A stretch of DNA of 62,718 nucleotides from assembly GCA_025934075.1 (NCBI GenBank), contig JAICYT010000001.1:1-62718 (forward strand). The letters are read 5' to 3'. This stretch comes from Gemmatimonadaceae bacterium (GTDB lineage Bacteria > Gemmatimonadota > Gemmatimonadetes > Gemmatimonadales > Gemmatimonadaceae). How positions within the stretch are numbered: the stretch's first letter is position 1; each line of letters opens with the position of its first letter. This document shows, piece after piece, positions 1 through 9,763 of the stretch. The position numbers were made by a program, and so were the translations under genes. The notes below the pieces were generated by a model. That model was given only the letters and a program-made list of their open reading frames with translations, ran no database searches and was not told the origin of the DNA.

Positions 1-117
1 GTCTACGACCGACTGAAAGAGCTTGGTTTCACCGGCGAGATCATGCAGGAGCTAGGACAAGTCGTCGTCGATCTCGAAGCGTGGACCGACGACACCGTGT
101 CGGCATCCTCCTCGTAG
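1..117 (+). CDS. 3' end of an unidentified CDS that starts upstream of the window
   Basis: Frame +1 is open from base 1 to TAG at 115-117 (VYDRLKELGFTGEIMQELGQVVVDLEAWTDDTVSASSS*). Too short to assign a function. Convergent with ispG. Confidence 0.3.
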   Translation, partial: VYDRLKELGFTGEIMQELGQVVVDLEAWTDDTVSASSS

Positions 118-127
118 CGCTCGCTCA

Positions 128-1447
128 CTAGGCGGTGACAGGTGTCGCCGGCGCATAGTGCGTGGCGACGTATTCCTCGAGAATTTTCAGAAAATCGGGC
201 ACAATCGTGTCGCCGCGCAGCGTCGTCATCAGCTTGCCGTCGACATACACCGGTGCTTTTGGCTCTTCGAACGTTCCCGGAAGCGAAATTCCGATGTTCG
301 CGTGCTTCGACTCGCCCGGTCCGTTGACGACGCACCCCATGACCGCGACCTTGAGCTCCTCGACGCCCGGGCGCTGATCGCGCCAAGCGGGCATCTGTTC
401 GCGAATGTACGTCTGAATGTCCTCAGCCATGTGTTGGAAGAACGTCGAGGTGGTTCGTCCGCAACCAGGGCACGCGGTCACCTGCGGCGTGAAGCTGCGG
501 AGCCCCAGCGACTGTAAGATCTGTTGCGCGACGAGAACTTCTTCCGTGCGATCGCCATTGGGCTTCGGCGTGAGCGAGACGCGAATCGTGTCACCGATGC
601 CTTCAGCCAGTAGAATCGACAGACCCGCGGTGCTCGCGACGACGCCTTTCATGCCCATGCCGGCTTCGGTGAGCCCGAGATGGAGCGGATAATCGGAGCG
701 CGCGGCCAACCGCCGATACACCTCGACCAAGTCTTGCACACCGGACACTTTCGCGGAGATGATGATCTGATCGTGACGGAGCCCGGCGTCCTCGGCTAGT
801 TCGGCCGATCGTAATGCACTCGCCAACATCGCCTCGATGTACACGGTCTTGGCGTCGACCGGCTCGGCGCGACGTGCGTTGTCGTCCATCATCTGGGTCA
901 GCAAATCTTGGTCGAGCGATCCCCAGTTGACCCCGATCCGGACCGGCTTGCCGTTGTCAACGGCGATCTGCACGATCGTTCGAAAATTCTCATCCCGACG
1001 CTTGCTGCCAACGTTCCCAGGGTTGATTCGGTACTTCGCGAGCTCGCGCGCACAGTCCGGATATCTCGCGAGCAGCAAATGACCGTTGTAATGGAAATCT
1101 CCAACGATGGGCACTTCGACCCCGGCATCTCGGACGCGGTGCCCGATTTCCGGGACCGCAGCGGCCGCCTCCTCGTTATTTACCGTGACACGCACGAGCT
1201 GAGAACCGGCACTCGCCAGGGCGATGACCTGGGCAGCGGTTGCCGGCGCGTCCGCGGTATCCGTATTCGTCATGGACTGAACGACGATCGGGGCGGAAGA
1301 GCCAATCGGCACTCCTCCGACTAGTGTCGTCACGGTCCGTCGCCGACTTCCGAATGGCACGCAGCGCTCCTCGGTGATATGTGCGAACGAAAGATACTGC
1401 GTGAGACGAGCTGCCTTCGGCAGGCGCTTGACCGACATTCCTGGCAT
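128..1447 (-). CDS. ispG: 4-hydroxy-3-methylbut-2-en-1-yl diphosphate synthase (IspG/GcpE)
   Basis: The translation has IspG hallmarks ([32 protein letters not shown] Fe-S motif). The ORF is open to 1498. ATG at 1445-1447 is preferred because AAGG lies 7 nt upstream. The start is uncertain (1438, 1447 or 1498). Confidence 0.9.
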   Translation of the reverse strand: MPGMSVKRLPKAARLTQYLSFAHITEERCVPFGSRRRTVTTLVGGVPIGSSAPIVVQSMTNTDTADAPATAAQVIALASAGSQLVRVTVNNEEAAAAVPEIGHRVRDAGVEVPIVGDFHYNGHLLLARYPDCARELAKYRINPGNVGSKRRDENFRTIVQIAVDNGKPVRIGVNWGSLDQDLLTQMMDDNARRAEPVDAKTVYIEAMLASALRSAELAEDAGLRHDQIIISAKVSGVQDLVEVYRRLAARSDYPLHLGLTEAGMGMKGVVASTAGLSILLAEGIGDTIRVSLTPKPNGDRTEEVLVAQQILQSLGLRSFTPQVTACPGCGRTTSTFFQHMAEDIQTYIREQMPAWRDQRPGVEELKVAVMGCVVNGPGESKHANIGISLPGTFEEPKAPVYVDGKLMTTLRGDTIVPDFLKILEEYVATHYAPATPVTA

Positions 1448-1563
1448 TGCTACCTTGGCCGGCGCCTGGAACCTGAGAAATCCGGGGGTGCCGGACAATG
1501 GGTTTCAGCGTTTTTAGCCGCACAACATGGTGTTGTGACGGAGAGTTCTTTCAGGAGTGGGAC

Positions 1564-1779
1564 ATGCGCGCGACCGGAAAGGTGAAGTGGTTCAACGACG
1601 CCAAGGGTTTTGGATTCATCACACCAGATGGCGGAGATAAGGACTGCTTCGTCCACTACAGCTCCATCCAAGGCAGCGGCTTCAAGACGCTCGCCGAGGG
1701 CGACCCCGTCGAATTCGACCTCGTACAGGGCCAGAAGGGACCTGCCGCGGAGAACGTGAGCAAGGTGGCCGCGGGCTGA
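1564..1779 (+). CDS. Cold-shock protein, CspA family
   Basis: [33 protein letters not shown] matches the RNP1/RNP2 cold-shock domain. The internal ATG at 1564 gives the canonical length of about 70 aa. Confidence 0.9.
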   Translation: MRATGKVKWFNDAKGFGFITPDGGDKDCFVHYSSIQGSGFKTLAEGDPVEFDLVQGQKGPAAENVSKVAAG

Positions 1780-1810
1780 CCGCGCACCACTCTCGATGCG
1801 AACACGATGT

Positions 1811-1845
1811 GCAAACGGGGCGCCTCGCTGAGGCGCCCCGTTTGC
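1811..1845. terminator. GC-rich hairpin between convergent genes (bidirectional terminator candidate)
   Basis: GCAAACGGGGCGCCTC-gct-GAGGCGCCCCGTTTGC forms a 16-bp perfect stem between csp (+) and the 1858-2244 gene (-). No strong U-tract follows. Confidence 0.5.
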
Positions 1846-1857
1846 GTTGAGATCGAT

Positions 1858-2244
1858 CTATTCACCTCGGCGACGCGGCGGACGACCACGCCGTGGCCGA
1901 CTGCTGGACTCGACCGACTCGCTGACTCGCCGATCGACGTCGCGCTCGAGCGCTGAGCGGTCGATATGGAGTTCCAGCCCTGGTGCGACAGAGGCTCGCG
2001 CCGAGTCGCTCGCCAGAAGACGGCTCGCCAGGGCCACGGCACTCGAGACGGACACGCCCAGCTCACGGTTGAGTCGGCGAATCAAGGCGACATGATACAC
2101 CCCACTCAAGGTGATTCTTCGAGCGACGCCTTGTCGCGCACTTTCAACCCCCGGGACGGAAAAGTGAGACAGTAGGTTATCGACCCATTTCGGATCAGCA
2201 CCGGCTGCATGTCTAGCGATTTCAACGTGGTAGAGTCTGGCCAT
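1858..2244 (-). CDS. Hypothetical protein with Arg-rich C-terminal tail (possible DNA-binding protein)
   Basis: 128-aa ORF with AGGA 5-8 nt upstream of the ATG. The C-terminus is SSRPRRGRPPRRRGE. I recognise no family. Confidence 0.55.
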   Translation of the reverse strand: MARLYHVEIARHAAGADPKWVDNLLSHFSVPGVESARQGVARRITLSGVYHVALIRRLNRELGVSVSSAVALASRLLASDSARASVAPGLELHIDRSALERDVDRRVSESVESSSRPRRGRPPRRRGE

Positions 2245-2246
2245 AA

Positions 2247-2312
2247 TATCCTAAAATATAAGGATACATCATTTCAGGCCCCGAGCCATAAATATCCTCA
2301 CCCAAAAGGATA
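2247..2312. promoter_or_regulatory. Two copies of an operator-like palindrome, TATCCT-N8-AGGATA
   Basis: Copy 1 is at 2247-2266 (TATCCTaaaatataAGGATA). Copy 2 is at 2293-2312 (TATCCTcacccaaaAGGATA). Both lie in an AT-rich island directly upstream of the 1858-2244 gene and share AATATCCT flanks. Confidence 0.4.
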
Positions 2313-2429
2313 ATGCACCGCCGGCCAACACCTTACAATTCCCCGCCGAACCGCAAGCCCGCCGCCGAACCAAACCCCTAGCTTGGCACAAATCTGGATG
2401 ACCAGTCACCGACCGCCCAGGAGAACTCA

Positions 2430-2960
2430 GTGTCGCGAACCATACCGTTCAGCGTTGTCGCCGTCGCCCTGCTCGCAGTACCAATGCTCGCGTCTGCGCA
2501 GGCGAACACCACGCATTTCAATGTGGGGGCCGGACTCACACTACCGACCGGAGCGTTCGGAGATCGAAACGACGCCGGTTACAACGTGATCGTTGGACTC
2601 GGCATGAAGCAACCCGGATCTTCCCTCGGCTTCCGCGCCGAAGGGATCTACAACGAGTTCAATGAGCGCGGCACGAGCGATAAGTCGCACGCGAGCGGCA
2701 TCACAGGCAACGCGATCTACGATCTCGCCGCGGGCAGCCGGAACAACACGAGCAGCCTGTATCTCATCGGCGGCATCGGTTACTACAGCACGCGCGAGCC
2801 ATTTTTCTCGAGCGAAAGCCAGACCAACATCGGTTGGAACGTCGGCGGCGGATTTGAATTTCCGCTGAGTGGTTTCTCCGCCTATGTCGAGGCACGCTAT
2901 CACACCGTCTCGAACACGGCTGTTCGCTTCGTCCCGATCAGCTTTGGCGTGGCATTCTAG
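2430..2960 (+). CDS. Small outer-membrane beta-barrel protein (OmpW/OMP_b-brl-like)
   Basis: GTG start with AGGAG 6 nt upstream. Signal peptide MSRTIPFSVVAVALLAVPMLASAQA. Alternating Gly/aromatic strands and a C-terminal ...ISFGVAF ending in Phe. Confidence 0.75.
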   Translation: MSRTIPFSVVAVALLAVPMLASAQANTTHFNVGAGLTLPTGAFGDRNDAGYNVIVGLGMKQPGSSLGFRAEGIYNEFNERGTSDKSHASGITGNAIYDLAAGSRNNTSSLYLIGGIGYYSTREPFFSSESQTNIGWNVGGGFEFPLSGFSAYVEARYHTVSNTAVRFVPISFGVAF

Positions 2961-2993
2961 TTCTAGTAATTGCGTTTCCTAAAACATCGTTGC

Positions 2994-4397
2994 CTAGACG
3001 AGTGCCCTCTGTGCCGCTTCGAGCTGTCCGCGTACGGCGCTCGGACCGGTCCCGCCCTCGACCTCGCGTTGCTCGACTGACTGCAGTGCAGACAGGGCGT
3101 CGAAGACGTCGTGCTCAAAGAGAGGATGGGCCGCCGAAAATGCCGCGAATGGCAGCGTGTGCAGATCGAGGCCGCCCTCCTCGCATTGGCGGATCAAATG
3201 ACCCACCGCGCCGTGTGCCTCGCGGAAAGTCGCGCCCTTGCGAACGAGGTAATCCGCGAGGTCCGTCGCCATCATCGTGCTCGAGAGGGCGGCGCGCATA
3301 CGCTGCGTATCGAAATCACACTCGGCGAGGGCGCCGGCCACTGCGGGCAACACCAGCAACAACGTGTCGACCGCGTCGAACAGCACGCGCTTGTCGTCCT
3401 GCAAATCCTTGTTGTAGCTGCTCGGCAATCCTTTCAGCGTTGCGAGGAGCGTCGTGAGGTTCCCTAGCATTCGCGCGGCAGACCCACGCGCAAGCTCGAG
3501 CGCGTCGGGGTTGCGCTTTTGCGGCATCATGCTCGATCCGGATGAATACGCGTCGCCGAACCGAACGAAGCCGAACTCACTCGAGCCGTAGATGATCAAG
3601 TCTTCGGCAAGACGCGACAAATGCGTGCCAATCATCGTCGCGCAAAACAGGAGCTCCGCAACAAAATCGCGATCGCTCACGGCGTCAATAGAATTTTGCG
3701 TCAGTGCGCCGAAGCCGAGACTTCCCTGAAGGAGCACGCGCGAGACCGGATACGCGCATCCGGCGACCGCCCCCGAGCCGAGTGGAAGACCGCCGGCCGA
3801 GCGCTGTGCAGCGCGGAGCCTGGTGCGATCGCGCTCCAATGGCCAAAAGTGCGCCAGCAGCCAGTGCGCGCCCGAGACCGGAATGGCTCGCTGCATGTGC
3901 GTGTATGACGGCATCAAGGCCGTCTCCAGGCCGTGCGCCTGGTCAATCATCACTTGCTGTAGTTCGCGCACGGCAGCATCGAGACGAATCGCGGCTTCCA
4001 TTGCCCACAGGCGCGTCGCCGTCGCCACCTGATCGTTGCGACTTCGACCCGTATGCAGCTTGGACGCGGTGTCGCCGATTTCGTCGTGAAGGAGCCGGTC
4101 GATCAGCGTGTGGATGTCCTCATCGCCCGCCACCGGTTGCTCGCCGGCGTCCAGACGTGCGGCGACGGCATCGAGACCTGCCTCGATCTCATTACATTCG
4201 TCGAGCGTGAGGACGTTCGCTTTGTACAGCGCCATCGCCCATGCCTTCGACAGCTGAACGTCGAAGGGCCACAAACGAAAGTCGACGCCGATGGAGCTGT
4301 TGAGCGCATCGAACGCTGGAGCCGGCCCGCCAGCGAAGCGACCGCCCCACAACTTGTGTGATTTTGCCGACGCCGCGGCGAATGCCGCCGTGGTCAC
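2994..4397 (-). CDS. argH: Argininosuccinate lyase
   Basis: KLWGGRFAG..., [10 protein letters not shown] and [11 protein letters not shown] fumarate-lyase signature. 4-nt overlap with the argG stop. Confidence 0.95.
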   Translation of the reverse strand: MTTAAFAAASAKSHKLWGGRFAGGPAPAFDALNSSIGVDFRLWPFDVQLSKAWAMALYKANVLTLDECNEIEAGLDAVAARLDAGEQPVAGDEDIHTLIDRLLHDEIGDTASKLHTGRSRNDQVATATRLWAMEAAIRLDAAVRELQQVMIDQAHGLETALMPSYTHMQRAIPVSGAHWLLAHFWPLERDRTRLRAAQRSAGGLPLGSGAVAGCAYPVSRVLLQGSLGFGALTQNSIDAVSDRDFVAELLFCATMIGTHLSRLAEDLIIYGSSEFGFVRFGDAYSSGSSMMPQKRNPDALELARGSAARMLGNLTTLLATLKGLPSSYNKDLQDDKRVLFDAVDTLLLVLPAVAGALAECDFDTQRMRAALSSTMMATDLADYLVRKGATFREAHGAVGHLIRQCEEGGLDLHTLPFAAFSAAHPLFEHDVFDALSALQSVEQREVEGGTGPSAVRGQLEAAQRALV

Positions 4398-5665
4398 GCG
4401 ATCTGAAGCGCCGGCTCGGCCGGGGCCTCCTCGACAACGGGCGGCGTGGTTTGGGTGAGGCCAAGCTCCTGATCTTTGAGCGCGCGCACGCGCGCCGGCA
4501 ACGCGAAGAGACGAATGAAGCCCGCGGCGTCGCTTTGCTCGTACACATCGTCTTCGCCGAACGTGACGAATCGTTCGTCGTAGAGCGCATGCTCACTCTC
4601 ACGACCAATGACGGCTGTCGAACCCTTGTAGAGACGCAACGAAACCGTTCCGCTCACGCGCTCCTGCGTCACGTTCACGAATGCGTCATACGCTTCCCGT
4701 TCCGTCGTCCACCACCGGCCTTCGTAGACAAGGTCCGCATACCGTGGCGCGATCATGTCCTTCGCCGCGAGTGTCCGGCGATCGAGAACGAGTTGTTCGA
4801 GCTCGGAGTGGGCCGTGTAGAGCAACGATCCCCCTGGCGTCTCATACACGCCACGCGACTTCATTCCGACGAGGCGATCCTCCACGAGGTCGACGACGCC
4901 GACACCGTGCTTTCCTCCAATGGCGTTGAGGATGGAGATCAGCTCGACGGGAGCGAGCCGATCGCCATTGACCGAAATGGGCGTCCCCTTCTCGAATCCG
5001 ATGACGACCTTCTCGGGAATGTCGGGCGCCTTGGTGACCGGACGGGTGAGCATGAGGAGATCATCGGGCGGAGCGGCGTTCGGATCCTCGAGCACACCGC
5101 CTTCGTGTGACAGGTGCCAAAGATTCGCGTCGCGCGAATAGATCTTCTGACGCGTCGCCGCGATCGGAATGCCGCGTGCCTCCGCGTATGCGATCGCATC
5201 CTCCCGGCTACGAATGTCCCATTCACGCCACGGAGCGATGACCGGAAGCTCGGGAGCAAACGCAGCAAACGTCAGCTCGAAACGAACTTGGTCATTTCCT
5301 TTGCCCGTGCAGCCGTGCGCCAGGGCATCGGCGCCGACTTGCCGCGCGATCTCCACCTGACGACGCGCAATGAGCGGTCGTGCCATTGAAGTGCCCAATA
5401 GGTACTTGCGGTTGTAGATCGCCCCAGCGCGCAACGTCGGGTAGATGAAAGACTCGACGAATTCCTCGCGGAGGTCCTCCACGTAGCATTCGTCGGCGCC
5501 GGAAGCGAGCGCCTTCGCCCGAACGCCCGACAATTCGTCGCTGCCTTGGCCGATGTCGGCGGCGACGCAGATGACACGAGCGCCGCCGTAATTCTCCTTG
5601 AGCCAGGGTACGATGATCGAAGTGTCCAGTCCGCCGGAATAGGCTAGGACGATGGTGCGGGGCAT
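4394..5665 (-). CDS. argG: Argininosuccinate synthase
   Basis: [16 protein letters not shown]... is the N-type ATP-pyrophosphatase motif. The ORF is open to 5797, but the conserved N-terminus starts at ATG 5663-5665. Confidence 0.95.
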   Translation of the reverse strand: MPRTIVLAYSGGLDTSIIVPWLKENYGGARVICVAADIGQGSDELSGVRAKALASGADECYVEDLREEFVESFIYPTLRAGAIYNRKYLLGTSMARPLIARRQVEIARQVGADALAHGCTGKGNDQVRFELTFAAFAPELPVIAPWREWDIRSREDAIAYAEARGIPIAATRQKIYSRDANLWHLSHEGGVLEDPNAAPPDDLLMLTRPVTKAPDIPEKVVIGFEKGTPISVNGDRLAPVELISILNAIGGKHGVGVVDLVEDRLVGMKSRGVYETPGGSLLYTAHSELEQLVLDRRTLAAKDMIAPRYADLVYEGRWWTTEREAYDAFVNVTQERVSGTVSLRLYKGSTAVIGRESEHALYDERFVTFGEDDVYEQSDAAGFIRLFALPARVRALKDQELGLTQTTPPVVEEAPAEPALQIA

Positions 5666-5708
5666 ACGCGCTCCTCGGTTCGCAAGTTTATGCATTAAGA
5701 GCGCATAT

Positions 5709-6233
5709 TTAATCACTTTTTGGCGGCGAGTCAAGAGAAGCTGCCGCCGAATCTTGCCGCGATGCACCGAGTCGTCCCGCCCCGCGAGCCAGAGCAACGA
5801 GGCGATCGCTCAACACCCGCCGGGCCTCAGCCGAGCGGCACACGATCAGAATCGTGTTCTCGCCGGCCAACGTTCCAATGATCTCGGGCCAACCCTGCGC
5901 GTCTACCGCCTCCGCAATCGGCTGCGCACCGCTCGGCAATGTATGCAGCACGATCAGCTCGCCGACGCCATCGATCCGCGAGAAGAGTTGAGGTAAGAGG
6001 CCGTCCAGCGAAGGTTTAGAGTCGTCGGACACCATCGCCGGAAGCAAATACCGTACACCGCCCTCCGACGGCGCGCGCACCACACCCAAGTCGCGAAGAT
6101 CGCGCGACAATGTCGCTTGGGTAACAGTCAGCCCCTTTGCGAGCAGAAGGTGCTTCAGCTCCTCCTGGCTCGAGATCTGGCGGCTTCCGATCAGCTGACG
6201 TACGGCGTTTTGTCGATCGCGCTTTTTGCTCAT
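5709..6233 (-). CDS. argR: Arginine repressor
   Basis: RQNAVRQLI...[31 protein letters not shown] is the ArgR winged-helix N-domain. The C-terminal oligomerisation domain contains [12 protein letters not shown]. Confidence 0.9.
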   Translation of the reverse strand: MSKKRDRQNAVRQLIGSRQISSQEELKHLLLAKGLTVTQATLSRDLRDLGVVRAPSEGGVRYLLPAMVSDDSKPSLDGLLPQLFSRIDGVGELIVLHTLPSGAQPIAEAVDAQGWPEIIGTLAGENTILIVCRSAEARRVLSDRLVALARGAGRLGASRQDSAAASLDSPPKSD

Positions 6234-6306
6234 CGAAGTCTTGTGGTGAGTCGTCGGGCGCGCGCTGGGCTAACAAACTGACGCTCGAAAGCATTGACTT
6301 CGGAAG

Positions 6307-6345
6307 TATGCATCGTTATGCATTGTTTGTGAATAAGATTCCTGT
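6307..6345. promoter_or_regulatory. Tandem ARG-box-like operator (18 + 3 + 18 bp) in the argR/argC divergent region
   Basis: TATGCATCGTTATGCATT (6307-6324), gtt, TGTGAATAAGATTCCTGT (6328-6345), compared with the ARG-box consensus wnTGAATwwwwATTCAnw. The 3-bp spacing between boxes is canonical. It overlaps a candidate promoter (TTGACT 6294-6299, 17 nt, TATGCA 6317-6322). Confidence 0.45.
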
Positions 6346-7288
6346 CGGCGTGCTCGGGGCCAGCGGTTATGCGGGCCGCGAGCTCTGTGCACTCATTGCG
6401 GGCCACCCGAGGCTGTCGCTCGCCTTTGCTACGGCGAACGAACAGCGCGGCGTGACCATTCGGGTCGCTGGACACCCCATTGGGTTCGTCGCGACCGAAG
6501 ATGCTCCATTGGGCGACGCTGAGTTGGTGTTCAGTGCGTTGCCGCATGGGGCCTCGAAGGATTGGATGGCGCGCGCTCAGGCATTCGGCGCTCGCGGGGT
6601 TGATCTATCGGCGGATCTGCGGCCTGGCAACGGCTGCGAAGGAATAGCCTATGGACTCACCGAGCTCAATCGTCAAGTCATTGTTGGCGCGAACGTCGTC
6701 GCGAATCCTGGATGCTATCCGACCTCGATTCTCCTCGCACTCGCGCCGCTCATCAAACGCCGACTGATCGCCGATGGCGCGGCGATCGTTGCCAACTGCG
6801 CCAGCGGCGTCACAGGCGCGGGCAACTCTCCAAAGCGCGAGCTGCTCTTCGCCGAGGTCAGCGACGACTTTCGCGCGTACGGCGTGGGCAATACCCACCG
6901 TCATCTCAAGGAGATGCGCGCAACGCTCGAGTCGTGGGGAGCGAACGCAGATCTCATTTTCACTCCGCACCTCCTGCCGGTCGCGCGGGGCATCCTGTCG
7001 ACGATCACCGTACCGCTGACCGAGCCGCTCGACGACACGCTGGCGCCGTGGCGCGACGCGTATGGAACGGAGCCGTTCATTGAGCTATCGGAGACGCCGG
7101 TGTCGCTGCGCGACGTTCTGCATCGCAATGTCGTTCGAATTTCCGCGACGCTCCTCGAGGGAATGCGGACGCCGACCCTGCTGATCACGTCCGCGATCGA
7201 CAACCTCGTCAAGGGCGCCGCCGGCCAAGCGGTGCAGAATGCGAACCTGATGCTCGGCCTCGACGAAATCGCGGGGCTCCCGGCATGA
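6308..7288 (+). CDS. argC: N-acetyl-gamma-glutamyl-phosphate reductase
   Basis: VGVLGASGYAGREL Rossmann N-terminus and PGCYPT active-site Cys motif. The start is ATG 6308 or in-frame GTG 6329; the GTG gives a homolog-like N-terminus. The track ORF from 6137 overlaps argR and is too long. Confidence 0.9.
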   Translation: MHRYALFVNKIPVGVLGASGYAGRELCALIAGHPRLSLAFATANEQRGVTIRVAGHPIGFVATEDAPLGDAELVFSALPHGASKDWMARAQAFGARGVDLSADLRPGNGCEGIAYGLTELNRQVIVGANVVANPGCYPTSILLALAPLIKRRLIADGAAIVANCASGVTGAGNSPKRELLFAEVSDDFRAYGVGNTHRHLKEMRATLESWGANADLIFTPHLLPVARGILSTITVPLTEPLDDTLAPWRDAYGTEPFIELSETPVSLRDVLHRNVVRISATLLEGMRTPTLLITSAIDNLVKGAAGQAVQNANLMLGLDEIAGLPA

Positions 7289-8049
7289 CTCGCGTCATCA
7301 AGATCGGTGGACGTCCGCAGAGCGACCCGCGACTGGCCGATGCGATTGCATCGGGGTGGAATCGCGGGGCCCGCGAGCTGGTGCTGGTCCATGGCGGCGG
7401 CGACGAAGTCACAACGCTTCAGGCGGCGCTTGGCGAGAAGAGCACGTTCGTCGATGGTCGGCGAGTCACGAGTGCAAAGGATATCGAGCTCGTGCGGATG
7501 GCGCTGTCCGGAAGTGCGAACAAGCGTCTCGTCGCGTTGCTGGTGGGAAGCGGAATCGACGCCGTTGGTCTCTCAGGCGAAGACGCTGCGCTCATCGGCG
7601 CGTCGGCGGTCGACATCCAGAACCTGGGATACGTCGGCATTCCCAATACTGTGAACGTCGCATTTCTGCGGCATCTCTTATCGGGCGGCTACTTGCCAGT
7701 CGTGTCGCCCGTCAGTCGCAACGGCAGCGACGCGAACGGCGGCGCGCTGAACGTCAACGGAGACGACGCGGCCGCAGCGATCGCCGTGGCGATGCATGCC
7801 GCTGAGCTTTTACTCGTTGCCGATGTGCAGGGCGTTCTGTGTAATGGCAGAGTGATTCCAGAACTGACGTCCGCTGCTGCGCGCCAGCTAATCGCCAATG
7901 GGACAGCGGTCGGCGGTATGCGCGCAAAGTTGCAAGCAGGCCTCCGTGCGATCGAGGGCGGAGTACCGCAAGTCCGAATTTCCGATCTCGCCGCGATCGC
8001 CGATCACACGCGCGGTACCAGCCTACGAGGCATTGGAGAACTGACATGA
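7285..8049 (+). CDS. argB: Acetylglutamate kinase
   Basis: VIKIGG..., LVHGGG and VNGDDAAAAIA amino-acid-kinase motifs. ATGA overlap with argC. Confidence 0.9.
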   Translation: MTRVIKIGGRPQSDPRLADAIASGWNRGARELVLVHGGGDEVTTLQAALGEKSTFVDGRRVTSAKDIELVRMALSGSANKRLVALLVGSGIDAVGLSGEDAALIGASAVDIQNLGYVGIPNTVNVAFLRHLLSGGYLPVVSPVSRNGSDANGGALNVNGDDAAAAIAVAMHAAELLLVADVQGVLCNGRVIPELTSAAARQLIANGTAVGGMRAKLQAGLRAIEGGVPQVRISDLAAIADHTRGTSLRGIGELT

Positions 8050-9218
8050 CGCTTGCCACAACGCCGACCGTGGATGCGCTGCTTGGCAACTACAAGCGGG
8101 CTGCTGTCGACTTCGTCGCCGGCGACGGTGTCTATCTGATCGATGCCGACGGAAAACGCTACCTGGATTTCGTCAGCGGGATCGCCGTCAATGCGCTCGG
8201 ATACGGAGACGAAGGTCTGCGTGCCGCTCTGCACACCGCGGCCGATGGCCTCATTCACGTATCGAACCTTTACGCGACGCCGGCTGGCGAGCAACTCGCG
8301 GCGACGCTCGTCGAGCTTTCGTTTGCGTCGAAGGCGTTCTTCTGTAATTCGGGAGCGGAAGCCAACGAAGGCGCCTTCAAGTTCGCTCGTCGCTGGGCCC
8401 GCACGCGTGGCGACATGAAGCACGAAATCTTTGCGCTGCGCGGTTCGTTTCACGGGCGCCTGTTCGGGACGCTGGCGGCAACGGATCGGCCGTCATATCG
8501 GCTTCCGTTCCGGCCGCTCGCGCCTGGGATCTCGATCGTGGAGCGGGACATCGAAGACCTTGCCATCGCATTGAGCCCGGAGACCGCAGCCGCGGTAATC
8601 CTCGAGCCAATACAAGGGGAAGGCGGCGTTCGGATGCTCGACGCCGGCTTTGTTCGAGAGCTCCGAGCGCTCACCAAAGAGCGCGACGTGGCCCTCATCT
8701 TCGACGAAATCCAGTGCGGCCTCGGTCGAACAGGAACGCTGTTCGCCTATGAGCATTTTGGCATCGAGCCGGACATGCTCACGCTCGCGAAACCAATCGC
8801 CGGCGGCTTGCCGATGGGTGCGGTGCTCGTCACCGAGGAAATCGCGTCGACGATCAAGCCCGGGGATCACGGAACGACATTCGGCGGCGGGCCATTCGTG
8901 ACATCGATCGCGAACTATGTCGTGGGTCGTCTCTCGGATCCCGAGCTCCTCCGCGCAGTTGCGCAAAACGGAGAATGGCTCGGCAAGCAGTTGAATGAAA
9001 TCGCGCATCGCACCGGACGTATTCGTGCCGTACGCGGTCTCGGCTACATCTGGGGCATCGACGTCATGGGTACTGCCGCGCATGTCGTCGCCGAGGCTTT
9101 CTCGGCCGGCTTGCTGACATGCTCCGCGGGCGACTACACCGTGCGGTTGCTGCCGCCGCTCGTTGCCACGCGCGATGAGCTTGCGCTCGGCCTTCAGCTC
9201 CTCGAAGAGATTCTCTGA
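8046..9218 (+). CDS. argD: Acetylornithine aminotransferase (class III PLP aminotransferase)
   Basis: FCNSGAEANEGA, DEIQCGLGRTG, and TLAKPIAGGLP containing the PLP Lys. 4-nt overlap with argB. Confidence 0.9.
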   Translation: MTLATTPTVDALLGNYKRAAVDFVAGDGVYLIDADGKRYLDFVSGIAVNALGYGDEGLRAALHTAADGLIHVSNLYATPAGEQLAATLVELSFASKAFFCNSGAEANEGAFKFARRWARTRGDMKHEIFALRGSFHGRLFGTLAATDRPSYRLPFRPLAPGISIVERDIEDLAIALSPETAAAVILEPIQGEGGVRMLDAGFVRELRALTKERDVALIFDEIQCGLGRTGTLFAYEHFGIEPDMLTLAKPIAGGLPMGAVLVTEEIASTIKPGDHGTTFGGGPFVTSIANYVVGRLSDPELLRAVAQNGEWLGKQLNEIAHRTGRIRAVRGLGYIWGIDVMGTAAHVVAEAFSAGLLTCSAGDYTVRLLPPLVATRDELALGLQLLEEIL

Positions 9219-9715
9219 TGACGGCGGACATCGTCATCCGGCGCGCGCGCCCGGAAGACGCGGAGGCGGTGTCGCGGCTGATCGCCGTGTTCGCCGACGA
9301 AGCGCTCATGCTTCGGCGGACACCGGAAATAGTGGAGCTGGCAATCGACGACTATGTCGTCGGTCAAGCACGCCGCGGCGAGATCGTCGCCTGCGGGGCA
9401 TTGAAGGAGTACTCGCCGTCGGTAGCCGAGGTAGCGGCGATCGCGGTGTCGCGCGAGGTGCATGGCTGTGGCGTAGGGAGAGCGATCGTCGACGCGATCG
9501 AGACGCTGGCGATGAAGCGCGACATCTACGACGTGTTTGCCCTCACACTTCAGCCGGCGTTCTTCTCGGCCATAGGCTACCAGCGCGTCGATCGTGCACG
9601 CTATCCGGAAAAGATTCGCCGTGACTGCCTTGCCTGCGCGCGCCGCTTCGCGTGCAACGAAATCTGCTTCGCGAAGAATCTTCGTCTCGAGGCGCGAGCG
9701 GCTGTGGCCGCGTAG
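9218..9715 (+). CDS. GNAT acetyltransferase resembling short-form N-acetylglutamate synthase (S-NAGS)
   Basis: 165 aa. IRRARPEDAEAV...CGAL...AVSREVHGCGVGRAIV is collinear with single-domain NAGS such as mycobacterial Rv2747. It is the last gene of the argCBD operon, overlapping the argD stop by 1 nt. Confidence 0.6.
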   Translation: MTADIVIRRARPEDAEAVSRLIAVFADEALMLRRTPEIVELAIDDYVVGQARRGEIVACGALKEYSPSVAEVAAIAVSREVHGCGVGRAIVDAIETLAMKRDIYDVFALTLQPAFFSAIGYQRVDRARYPEKIRRDCLACARRFACNEICFAKNLRLEARAAVAA

Positions 9716-9763
9716 GCCGATGCGCATCGTCCGCTGGATCTGTCCACGCGATAGATTCCCAGC

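Noticed and set aside
3-386. 127-aa - strand ORF at the window start
   Set aside because: It overlaps ispG out of frame, its translation is Arg-rich and motif-free, and the + strand frame ending at 117 is the more plausible coding sequence.
2384-2399. Sigma-54-like element TGGCACaaatcTGGA upstream of the OMP gene
   Set aside because: The -24 TGGCAC is perfect, but the -12 element is CTGG rather than TTGC. No enhancer-binding protein is nearby, so the evidence is too weak to call.
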